DNA from: Acaryochloridaceae cyanobacterium VAR_48_metabat_390
Lineage (GTDB): Bacteria; Cyanobacteriota; Cyanobacteriia; Thermosynechococcales; Thermosynechococcaceae
Assembly: GCA_031422435.1 (NCBI GenBank)
Contig: JANPLU010000036.1
Location: 1 to 58,510 of the forward strand
Direction of reading: 5' to 3'
DNA: 58,510 nucleotides
Under the pieces are notes generated by a model. It was not told the DNA's origin. It saw only the letters and a program-made list of their open reading frames with translations, and did no database searches. Shown here in pieces: positions 21,002 to 28,735 of the stretch. The position numbers were made by a program, and so were the translations under genes. Numbering within the stretch: position 1 is the first letter of the stretch; the number at the start of each line of letters is the position of its first letter.

Positions 21002-21112
21002 AATAGATAGAACTCCATACGAAATAAAAAAGAGATATTGCCGTGCCCGAACTGCCCGAAGTTGAGACGGTTCGCCTTGGACTCAATGAGGCGACCTGCG
21101 GGATGGTGATCG
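20999..21112 (+). repeat. Left copy of a 114-bp direct repeat (mutM leader plus first ~23 codons)
   Basis: Ungapped alignment to 24326-24439 (offset 3327); 9 mismatches counted by hand. Confidence 0.95.
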
Positions 21113-21117
21113 GCTAA
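21043..21117 (+). pseudogene. mutM: Truncated mutM 5' fragment (MPELPEVETVRLGLNEATCGMVIG*)
   Basis: GTG start, N-terminal peptide matches the intact mutM for 21 residues, stop at 21115-21117. Confidence 0.9.
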
Positions 21118-21124
21118 ACAGAAT

Positions 21125-21547
21125 TCAGTCAAATGGATTGACGATTCTGAGGGTGGTGTTGATGCGTTGACCGTGATGCATGTCTTCTGAGTAAACGATG
21201 GAACAGTTATGCAGTAGGGCTGTTGCTAGAACGAGGCTGTCCCAATAGGAATAGCCGTATTTCTGCTTCACTTCCATTGCCTGCACAACATTGGCAGATT
21301 CAATGGGCAGAATTGGAAAGCTATTGATGAGCGAAGAGATAATGGCAACGGCATCTGTTTCAGATGTGAATTTTTTTCGCGTGAGGACGTGGAATAGCTC
21401 ACCCAGAACTTGAGTGCTGATTTGAATCGATTGAGGATGGGTTCTCAGAATTTCCTCGACGCGCTGATATTTTTCTAAGGGATCTTTGCTGTAGAGATAG
21501 ACCCAAAGGTTTGTATCCAACAAGACCTTATCGGTCATAGAGTTCAT
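21125..21547 (-). CDS. PIN-domain toxin (VapC-like)
   Basis: LLDTNLWVY, STQVLGE, YSYWDSLV and YSEDM acidic PIN motifs. Confidence 0.92.
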   Translation of the reverse strand: MNSMTDKVLLDTNLWVYLYSKDPLEKYQRVEEILRTHPQSIQISTQVLGELFHVLTRKKFTSETDAVAIISSLINSFPILPIESANVVQAMEVKQKYGYSYWDSLVLATALLHNCSIVYSEDMHHGQRINTTLRIVNPFD

Positions 21548-21770
21548 CTCGATTAAACGTGTAGTCTGTTGGGATTTTAAATGAATACTGCTGAACGGTC
21601 TCTAAAAACGCTTCAACTTTAGTTAGGGCGGCGGACGCTTCATCTATGCTTGGGCGATCTTCAGGCTCAAGGATAATAATTTGAAGGGTTTTTCCTTCTA
21701 AGTCAGAACTGAGTTGTCTATTTGGAATTAAGGTACCGTTAGAACAGGTGGCTTGTAGGGTGATAGACAT
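21528..21770 (-). CDS. Cognate antitoxin (VapB-like / DUF104-like)
   Basis: 80 aa, upstream of and overlapping the PIN gene; C-terminal FNRDELYDR. Confidence 0.8.
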   Translation of the reverse strand: MSITLQATCSNGTLIPNRQLSSDLEGKTLQIIILEPEDRPSIDEASAALTKVEAFLETVQQYSFKIPTDYTFNRDELYDR

Positions 21771-21935
21771 AGTTTGTTTGCCTCAACACTAGGCTTAAGA
21801 TCTTAGTGGCATAAGACTTAGGTGTGAGTCTAGTCTAATCCTTAAGCGTTTTTCTAGGCCAGTGGTTGGCTTTTTATCTCAAGGCTATTATTTCACTTGA
21901 ATACGCTTGAGTCGAGTTAGGATGCGATCCCACAG

Positions 21936-22142
21936 ATGATTATTGAGGTAAAACAGGTTGAACCGACGCTGCCGCTGGTCATTGTTACTTTGCCGCCAAC
22001 TCAAGATATGCCAGATTACAGGGAACTTTTAGTAAGCTACAGCAGAATGACGAAAACTTATCGAGATCTTGGGGCTATGGTTATTGATGAAAAGCAGGTT
22101 GAACCTCTATTTTATCAACAATTAGATGCGCTCAAAATCTAG
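21936..22142 (+). CDS. Small hypothetical protein or gene remnant (68 aa)
   Basis: ORF with an internal 10-aa repeat; no known motif. Confidence 0.4.
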   Translation: MIIEVKQVEPTLPLVIVTLPPTQDMPDYRELLVSYSRMTKTYRDLGAMVIDEKQVEPLFYQQLDALKI

Positions 22143-22249
22143 AGGAAAGCTTTGATTATAAGTACTACCCACTTCTCTTGAGTGTTACCTACTTCTCTCA
22201 AGGAAATTAGTATGTAAATTAATATTTTAGGAAATAACTTCAAGAGTAA

Positions 22250-23830
22250 TTATTTTATTGGATTCTTCTTTGCCCAAGATGCTATGGCACGCTCTAACTC
22301 ATCAAAATGACCATCTACTCCACGAATCCAGTGCTTATATTCATCACTTGGTAGGCAGGAAGCTGCGTAAATAAATGCACGACGAATCCATGTAGTCATT
22401 TCATGAAGATTTTGTTTCCGTTGACGAAACCAAAAGTCTTGCTTACTTCGCCCCATGGCTAGCATAATTTCTCGCCTTGAGAAGTCATCAAGTGCATCGT
22501 TATAAAGTTTGATGTACTGACTTTCTGAATTCCACTCTGCACTTAGTGTAAACGGTCTTAAAATATACATTCTAGAGTACTCTAAGTGTGAAGCAGTCGA
22601 GTCACTATCTTTATAAACATTGATCAGCAATTCACCAATCTCAGCCCTCTGCTCAGGAGGCAAAGAATTAAGCCTAAGAAGATAATTTATTGTTTCACGT
22701 ACTACTGGAACAAATTTATTAAAATTATCGAATATAAGATCAATAACTTCTTCAGCACCAATTTGTCCGAGCCTTACTAACAAGAATTTGAGTAAAGAAA
22801 GGTCTGGTTCTTCCTCCTCAATTTGTTCACGTAGTATGCCTTCAAGATTTAGTCCATCGATTGCTTGACGATTTTCCGGAGACAGAGTCTCATATTCAAT
22901 TGCCTCATATGTATCTTCAACTCCCATTTCACTAAGTAGATCGTAAAAGCGTTCTGATAAAGTCTCAAGCTCCCTTCTTTCATTTTCCTTAAGATAAATT
23001 GATCGAAAGACATTAATGGAGACAATTTTTGTCTTATTTTGCTGAAGAGTCAGCCCATGGTTTTCAATCAAGGAACGTGCTATGAGAGTCAGGTATTTAT
23101 AGGCTTCAGCTTCAGACTTACAAAAAATTCGGAAGTCATCAGAGTAGCGAACATATTTTGCATCCTCTGAAAGTAGAATCTGATCAATATCAGAAATTGT
23201 TACTTCTGCGATTAAACGTGAAGCTGCTGAGCCAACAGGAATGCCATAAGAATAAGAACCTGCCCAATGAGCAATTAAGTCTTTCAAAGCTTTTGCATGC
23301 ATATGGCCAATGCCCAATGCACTATCCAAAGCATTATCAATACGGTGCGTATATAGGCGTGGGAAAAAATCTGCAATATCAGCAATTACGACATGTGATA
23401 CCTGATTTGATTCACAAAAATTGTGTAAAGCCTGCTGAAAACTTCGATAAGTATATTTATCTGAAAACATTCGTCCTTCAGCATCTGGAGCAAATCGGTA
23501 CGAATGAACAATTTCTTCAGATACGGGAATCCTTGCTGCTTCTAGTTTTTCGCCGACTTCTCGTATAAGTGCTGTAAATACTAAAAAATCGAGTGGATCA
23601 AGCTGCGTAGAAATTCTAAACCCAAAACGATGCTTTGGAACTAGACAGCGCCTAAATGACCGGATTTTCCAATCTAAGATATCAGTGCTTTGAATCGAAG
23701 CTTTGACTTTGTCCCAGTCATCTGCAATCGCACGAAATTCGAAAATCTCAGGAAAGATATCTGTATCTCCCCATGACATAACGTGCTGCAAAGCCCAATC
23801 TAGAGATACATTTGTAAGTGTTAATGGCAT
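22250..23830 (-). CDS. Stand-alone reverse transcriptase, UG/Abi (defence-associated RT) type, with a predicted helical C-terminal domain
   Basis: RT motifs VPK..FGFR, IADIADFFPRLYTH, GIPVGSAASRLIAE, YVRYSDDFRIF (YSDD = aa 229-232) and GLTLQQNKT; no maturase/endonuclease, Cas1 or retron VTG motif seen. Confidence 0.9.
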   Translation of the reverse strand: MPLTLTNVSLDWALQHVMSWGDTDIFPEIFEFRAIADDWDKVKASIQSTDILDWKIRSFRRCLVPKHRFGFRISTQLDPLDFLVFTALIREVGEKLEAARIPVSEEIVHSYRFAPDAEGRMFSDKYTYRSFQQALHNFCESNQVSHVVIADIADFFPRLYTHRIDNALDSALGIGHMHAKALKDLIAHWAGSYSYGIPVGSAASRLIAEVTISDIDQILLSEDAKYVRYSDDFRIFCKSEAEAYKYLTLIARSLIENHGLTLQQNKTKIVSINVFRSIYLKENERRELETLSERFYDLLSEMGVEDTYEAIEYETLSPENRQAIDGLNLEGILREQIEEEEPDLSLLKFLLVRLGQIGAEEVIDLIFDNFNKFVPVVRETINYLLRLNSLPPEQRAEIGELLINVYKDSDSTASHLEYSRMYILRPFTLSAEWNSESQYIKLYNDALDDFSRREIMLAMGRSKQDFWFRQRKQNLHEMTTWIRRAFIYAASCLPSDEYKHWIRGVDGHFDELERAIASWAKKNPIK

Positions 23831-24119
23831 TATTTTGAATAACTTAATTTTTTAAATAAATTTTCAATCTAAAATCAGAAATAAATTAGTGCCCAAACGC
23901 GTAAAGTTTTGCTAGGTTAAATTATTAAGCTTATCTGACTGATTTGCAATAGTCCCAAATGAAAAAATAAATCAACACTTGTTATTCTTCTTGATTATTT
24001 TATTCTCCGTTCAGATAATATTTTGGTTATTACGATTTTGCCCCCAGCTCTCTGTAAAATAAATTGCTCAGATGTTCACGAGGGCTAATTCTACTCAAGG
24101 TTCTGGACAATGTGTAATC

Positions 24120-24331
24120 GTCGCCCTATCCCTAGCTCACCCCAAAAAACGTAGACCGCTGAAGTTATTGAGAGAGAGGCTGAAGAGAGTGATCGCCTGG
24201 GTAGGGGTAAGGCGATCCTTGGGGTGGGCTTTAAGACTGCGGTGATCTAGCTGAGATCATAGAGTTAATTGTGTATCCACTTACCTATGCATCGTGACTG
24301 AAGTAGATGGAGGTAGGATTCTAATTAGAAT
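24120..24331. ncRNA. Candidate structured RNA/DNA element upstream of the RT
   Basis: Nested inverted repeats 24134-45/24219-30, 24191-98/24210-17, 24243-59 and about 24275-24319. Confidence 0.3.
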
Positions 24332-24439
24332 GGATAAAACTGCATACGAAATGAAAAAGAGATATTGCCGTGCCCGAACTGCCTGAAGTTGAGACGGTTC
24401 GCCTTGGACTCAACGAGGCAACCTGTGGGATGGCGATCG
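24326..24439 (+). repeat. Right copy of the 114-bp direct repeat; forms the functional mutM start
   Basis: Matches 20999-21112; ends within HIP1 GCGATCGC at 24433-24440. Confidence 0.95.
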
Positions 24440-25230
24440 CAGATATTGAAGTATTGCTAACACGCACGATAGCCTATCCCTCAGTCGAACGGTTTCAGCA
24501 GGGGCTGCCAGGCGCACAGATTTCGACTTGGACTAGGCGCGGTAAGTATTTGCTGGCGCATCTAGTGCGACCTGGCTCAAATGCCGCTCAGCCAGCAGGG
24601 TGGTTGGGGGTACATCTACGAATGACGGGTCAGCTTTTGTGGTTAGTAGACGCTGTACCGCTGTCTAAACACACGCGTGTGCAGCTAAGGTTTGAGCAGC
24701 AGCAAGCGCTCAGGTTTGTAGACCAGCGCACCTTTGGGCAAATGTGGTGGATTCCCCCGCCAGAAGATCCCAATGTGATTATGGCTGGGATGGGGGCTTT
24801 AGGTGCAGAGCCATTGTCTGAGGCATTTACGTCTGCTTATTTAGCGACGGTGGTGAAAGGACGCGATCGCCCTATCAAAAATGCCCTTCTCGACCAAACC
24901 CTGATTGCAGGGCTAGGCAATATTTACGTGGATGAGTCTCTGTTTTTAGGCGGTATCCATCCGACCCGACCCTGCCGCAGCCTGACTGCTGAAGAAATTG
25001 AGCGGCTGCATGGGGCGATTGTCTCGGTGATTCAAAAGGCATTGAGTGAAGGCGGCACAACCTTTAGCGATTTCCGGCAGGTAACGGGCACTAACGGCAA
25101 CTACGGCAGCGTTGCCTGGGTGTACCGCCGTGCTGGGGAACCGTGTCGTGTGTGCGCCACACCCATTGAAAAAATTCGCATGGCGGGAAGATCCTGTCAT
25201 TTTTGTCCTAACTGTCAGCCGCAGTGTTAG
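24370..25230 (+). CDS. mutM: Formamidopyrimidine-DNA glycosylase
   Basis: MPELPEVE, RRGKYL, HLRMTG, GLGNIYVDE, C4 zinc finger. Confidence 0.97.
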   Translation: MPELPEVETVRLGLNEATCGMAIADIEVLLTRTIAYPSVERFQQGLPGAQISTWTRRGKYLLAHLVRPGSNAAQPAGWLGVHLRMTGQLLWLVDAVPLSKHTRVQLRFEQQQALRFVDQRTFGQMWWIPPPEDPNVIMAGMGALGAEPLSEAFTSAYLATVVKGRDRPIKNALLDQTLIAGLGNIYVDESLFLGGIHPTRPCRSLTAEEIERLHGAIVSVIQKALSEGGTTFSDFRQVTGTNGNYGSVAWVYRRAGEPCRVCATPIEKIRMAGRSCHFCPNCQPQC

Positions 25231-25307
25231 TGTCGGCTGGTGACGCTTTGCAGAACAGAGTGAAGTCGTTACGCTTGTAGATACAGCTCCTCAGCAGCTT
25301 TGCCAAG

Positions 25308-26399
25308 ATGACTATCACCGCAGCCAAGCCCATTTCTGTTATTCCCTCATCCGCTTTAGCGCTAACCATCGGCGACCCAGCCGGAATTGGCCCAGAAGTT
25401 GTGCTGAAAGCGCTGGCGAATGAGTCTGATGGTATTACGGTTTTTGGCGATCGCCACACCCTTCTCCAAACCTATCGTCAAATCGAGCAATCTCAGGGCA
25501 CAGCCTACGTTCAAAAACATCTTGCCCATCCCGATATGCTGAGCGTAATTCAGCCGGAGAAAAGCTTTGGAGATTGGCACTCAGGTTCTCCCTCAGCTCA
25601 CACAGGTGCCGCTAGCTTTGCCTATTTAGAAATGGCGATCGCCCAAACCCTAGCCGGAACCTACGCTGGCATCGCGACCGGCCCTATCGCAAAATCGGCG
25701 TGGAAAGCAGCGGGGCATCTCTACCCAGGTCAAACCGAGCTATTAGCCGAAAAAGCTGGGGTTAGTCGGTTTGGCATGATGTTTGTGGCAACGTCGCCTT
25801 TTACTCAATGGCAGTTGCGCGCCCTGCTTGCCACCACCCACATTCCCCTCGTTCAGGTGTCTTCTGCACTCACGCCTGAATTAATGACGCTCAAGCTAGA
25901 TTTGCTCATTGAAACGCTTCGGGATTTATTTGGAATTGATACACCAACCATTGCGATCGCCGGACTCAACCCCCACAGCGGGGAACAAGGGCAGCTTGGC
26001 ACTGAAGAAGTGGACTGGATGGTGCCTTGGCTAGAGCAAATGCGCCAGCATTACCCACAGGCCACCCTAGAGGGGCTGATTCCACCCGACACCCTGTGGG
26101 TTAGACCCGGACAGGCATGGTTTGGGCAAACGCCCTTGCAAGACCGCCCACCCCACGATGCCTATCTGGCGCTGTATCACGACCAAGGACTCATTCCCGT
26201 TAAGCTTATGGCCTTTGACCGCGCGGTGAATACTACTATTGGCCTACCGTTTATCCGCACTTCCCCAGACCACGGCACCGCCTTTGATATTGCAGGGAAA
26301 GGGATTGCCGACGCGACGAGCATGAAAGCGGCGATCGCTTTAGCCCAATCTCTAACCACCACGGCATCCTGCCCAACCAGCCCCGCCACAACCCCTTAA
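25308..26399 (+). CDS. pdxA: 4-hydroxythreonine-4-phosphate dehydrogenase
   Basis: [40 protein letters not shown]. Confidence 0.96.
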   Translation: MTITAAKPISVIPSSALALTIGDPAGIGPEVVLKALANESDGITVFGDRHTLLQTYRQIEQSQGTAYVQKHLAHPDMLSVIQPEKSFGDWHSGSPSAHTGAASFAYLEMAIAQTLAGTYAGIATGPIAKSAWKAAGHLYPGQTELLAEKAGVSRFGMMFVATSPFTQWQLRALLATTHIPLVQVSSALTPELMTLKLDLLIETLRDLFGIDTPTIAIAGLNPHSGEQGQLGTEEVDWMVPWLEQMRQHYPQATLEGLIPPDTLWVRPGQAWFGQTPLQDRPPHDAYLALYHDQGLIPVKLMAFDRAVNTTIGLPFIRTSPDHGTAFDIAGKGIADATSMKAAIALAQSLTTTASCPTSPATTP

Positions 26400-26535
26400 A
26401 GTTGCCGCCCTTAAAACCGTGAGCATTAAAACGCATTTTGACCTAATCACCGCCGCGATTAAGGAAACTGCTTAAATGAATAAATCCTCTACCCAACTTG
26501 TTCGCAAGCCCATCCACCATTAGGAAAACAATATT

Positions 26536-27363
26536 ATGACGCGATCAATTCCCACCCTAAGCTTGCCTCCCATAGGCGGTAAAATTTTGGTCAGCGGCGG
26601 CATTTTGCTGCTGACAGCCCTATTTTTTCGGCCTTTTGCCATCGTTAATGCAGGAGAACGCGGGGTTGTGATGCGCTTAGGTCGGGTGCAGAATGAGGTA
26701 CTTGATGAAGGGTTTCATTTTGTTGTGCCCTTTGTAACCTCAGTCAAAAATATGAGTGTCAGGGTACAGCGCAGCGATATCAAGGCGCAAGCAGCCTCTA
26801 AAGATCTTCAGGATGTCACGACGGAACTGGCGCTGAACTGGCATGTTGACCCCACTAAGGTCAATACGGTCTTTCAGCGTATTGGCGATGAAACTGAAAT
26901 TTTGCAGCGCATTATTAACCCAGCCGTTTCTGAAGTGCTAAAGGCCGCAACGGCTAAAAAGAATGTCGAAGAAATTTTGACCAAGCGCACAGAACTTAAG
27001 AATGAAATCGATCAGGCGCTCAAAACTCGGCTCACCCCCTATGGACTGGCAGTGGATGATGTATCGCTGGTAGATTTTTTGTTTTCGCCAGAGTTTAATA
27101 AGGCGATCGAGGCCAAGCAGGTGGCTGAGCAGCAGGCCAAGCAGGCTGAGTTTGTAGCGCTTAAAGCAACAAAAGATGCCGAGGCTGAGGTAAACCGTGC
27201 CAAAGGGCAAGCAGAAGCTCAGCGGCTGCAGCGCTCTACCTTGACCCCTGATCTGCTGCAAAAGCAGGCCATCGAAAAATGGGATGGGAAGTTTCCGACT
27301 TACATGGGGGGCAATGGCCCACTGCCCTTTATTAATGTGACCCCAGGGGGTAGTGCGAAGTAG
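26536..27363 (+). CDS. Prohibitin / SPFH (band 7) family protein
   Basis: N-terminal TM, GERGVV, SKDLQ, AIEAKQVAEQ coiled coil, KWDG. Confidence 0.92.
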   Translation: MTRSIPTLSLPPIGGKILVSGGILLLTALFFRPFAIVNAGERGVVMRLGRVQNEVLDEGFHFVVPFVTSVKNMSVRVQRSDIKAQAASKDLQDVTTELALNWHVDPTKVNTVFQRIGDETEILQRIINPAVSEVLKAATAKKNVEEILTKRTELKNEIDQALKTRLTPYGLAVDDVSLVDFLFSPEFNKAIEAKQVAEQQAKQAEFVALKATKDAEAEVNRAKGQAEAQRLQRSTLTPDLLQKQAIEKWDGKFPTYMGGNGPLPFINVTPGGSAK

Positions 27364-27379
27364 GTTCTGTCGCTATGTG

Positions 27380-27412
27380 CTGTAGGGACTTAAGGTATTT
27401 TTGCCCCTACAG
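27380..27412. terminator. Inverted repeat between convergent genes (terminator or GTAG-type REP-like element)
   Basis: CTGTAGGG...CCCTACAG 8-bp perfect stem. Confidence 0.5.
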
Positions 27413-27420
27413 AATAATGG

Positions 27421-28119
27421 CTAGGCCACTCGCTTAAATTCCAGCAGTCGGGAAAAGTAAAACTGTGTAGCGGTGAATTCAGAACGCTCTATGGCCCATC
27501 CGAGGGCATTAAACGTTTTTACAATTTCTCTTTCGCTGTGCAGATAGGCACGAGTGGCTTTACTCGGCCCAGGGAAAAAGTCCCCAATCTTTTTAAGCAG
27601 CGTATAGATCACCGTTTTAGGGGCAAAGCTTAAAATCAACCGATCCGTTGCCAAAGAACTCAGGTGCTCAATCATCTGAGCCGCTTTTTCTTGAGGGTAG
27701 TGAATTAGCACATCTAGACAAATGACCGTATGATACTGACCCGATAGACCTTCAAGATCCTGCACAGTAAAGGTCGGGTTGTCTGAATTGCCAAACTGAG
27801 CTACTGCAAGCGCCTGGGCTTCTTCTACCATTTTGTCTGAGATGTCGCTGGCATCGACCTGTGCGCCCATTGCGGCGAGGGGGATACTGAGGCTACCCAC
27901 ACCACAGCCTGCATCACAAATGCTTAGCCCTTGAGCATTACCGTCTTTTTTGAGCCAATACAAAACCGCATCCACCGTTTGCTGATGGCCATTACGGATA
28001 TCAAGCTGAACTTTATTGACTTCGCCATCGCCATAAATGCGCCGCCAACGGTCAAAGCCTACAGAATTGAAGTAGGAGCGAACAATGGTCTTATCGTCTG
28101 TAGTTGTCATAGGAAACAA
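27421..28119 (-). CDS. chlM: Mg-protoporphyrin IX methyltransferase
   Basis: YFNSVGFDRWRRIYG, DAGCGVG, CLDVLIHY, FPGPSKATRAY. Confidence 0.96.
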   Translation of the reverse strand: MFPMTTTDDKTIVRSYFNSVGFDRWRRIYGDGEVNKVQLDIRNGHQQTVDAVLYWLKKDGNAQGLSICDAGCGVGSLSIPLAAMGAQVDASDISDKMVEEAQALAVAQFGNSDNPTFTVQDLEGLSGQYHTVICLDVLIHYPQEKAAQMIEHLSSLATDRLILSFAPKTVIYTLLKKIGDFFPGPSKATRAYLHSEREIVKTFNALGWAIERSEFTATQFYFSRLLEFKRVA

Positions 28120-28309
28120 AGGTGCTGTCGGCAGTGCTTAAAAGAATGGAGAAAATTGAGGCTAACCCTTGCTGATTGTAGTCATGGATGCGATCGCAAT
28201 CCAAGCCTGATCGCTTAACTTGAGCGCGACGTACCCCCAGACTCGCTATACTGAATCAGGCTTGTGATTAGTTTAGAGCGACATTGCGAGTGCAAGCTAG
28301 GAGCGCTTC

Positions 28310-28693
28310 ATGAATCAAATCCCGTCTCAACCTTTCCCTGTGCGTTGGCAGACCCTCAAGCCATGGCTCACCACTATTGCCGTGATTTGGCTACTGGGAT
28401 TTGTAGGGCTGGGCTGGTTGGTTAAGTCATTTTTGTTTCTAATCGGCTTTTTTACCATTGCCCCAATTGTGGCGTTTTTTGGGCTGCAGTGGTGGCTCAC
28501 TCGTAATTTAGTGCAGGGCAACTGCCCCGTATGCCAAGAAGGGTTAACGGCTCTAAAACAGTCTCAGATCAATTGCCCCAACTGTGGTGAAAATGTTCGG
28601 GCGGGCGATCACGCATTTGAAAGAACCTCCACCCCAGGCACCATTGACGTACAGGCCGTTGAGGTCATGTCTCAATCCGTTGATGACGACTAG
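28310..28693 (+). CDS. Conserved membrane protein with a Zn-ribbon
   Basis: Two TM segments, CPVC...CPNC, GTIDV motif. Confidence 0.75.
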   Translation: MNQIPSQPFPVRWQTLKPWLTTIAVIWLLGFVGLGWLVKSFLFLIGFFTIAPIVAFFGLQWWLTRNLVQGNCPVCQEGLTALKQSQINCPNCGENVRAGDHAFERTSTPGTIDVQAVEVMSQSVDDD

Positions 28694-28735
28694 TAGTCTA
28701 GACTCAATCGCTTCGACTTCGCTCCGCCATGCAGT

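Larger units (their letters stand above)
20999..24439. mobile_element. Integrase-less accessory/defence islet at the 5' end of mutM
   Basis: Flanking direct repeat, AT-rich cargo (TA pair, RT), no perfect HIP1 seen inside. Confidence 0.75.

Noticed and set aside
23158..23568. 136-aa ORF antisense to the RT
   Set aside because: Fully inside the RT on the opposite strand, TTG start, atypical composition; likely a shadow ORF
19622..24101. Recurrent CTCAAGG heptamer around the islet
   Set aside because: Short, irregularly spaced, and one copy lies in coding sequence; compatible with chance
22250..24330. RT as a retron or group II intron
   Set aside because: No NAxxH/VTG retron motifs, no clear long a1/a2 repeat next to the RT start, no YADD or domain X, and no intron domain V/VI seen after the stop
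20999..24439. Direct repeat plus RT read as a diversity-generating retroelement (TR/VR pair)
   Set aside because: Mismatches are not adenine-specific (C/T, T/C, G/A and C/G all occur), the repeat is a gene 5' end rather than a C-terminal variable region, and no avd is present
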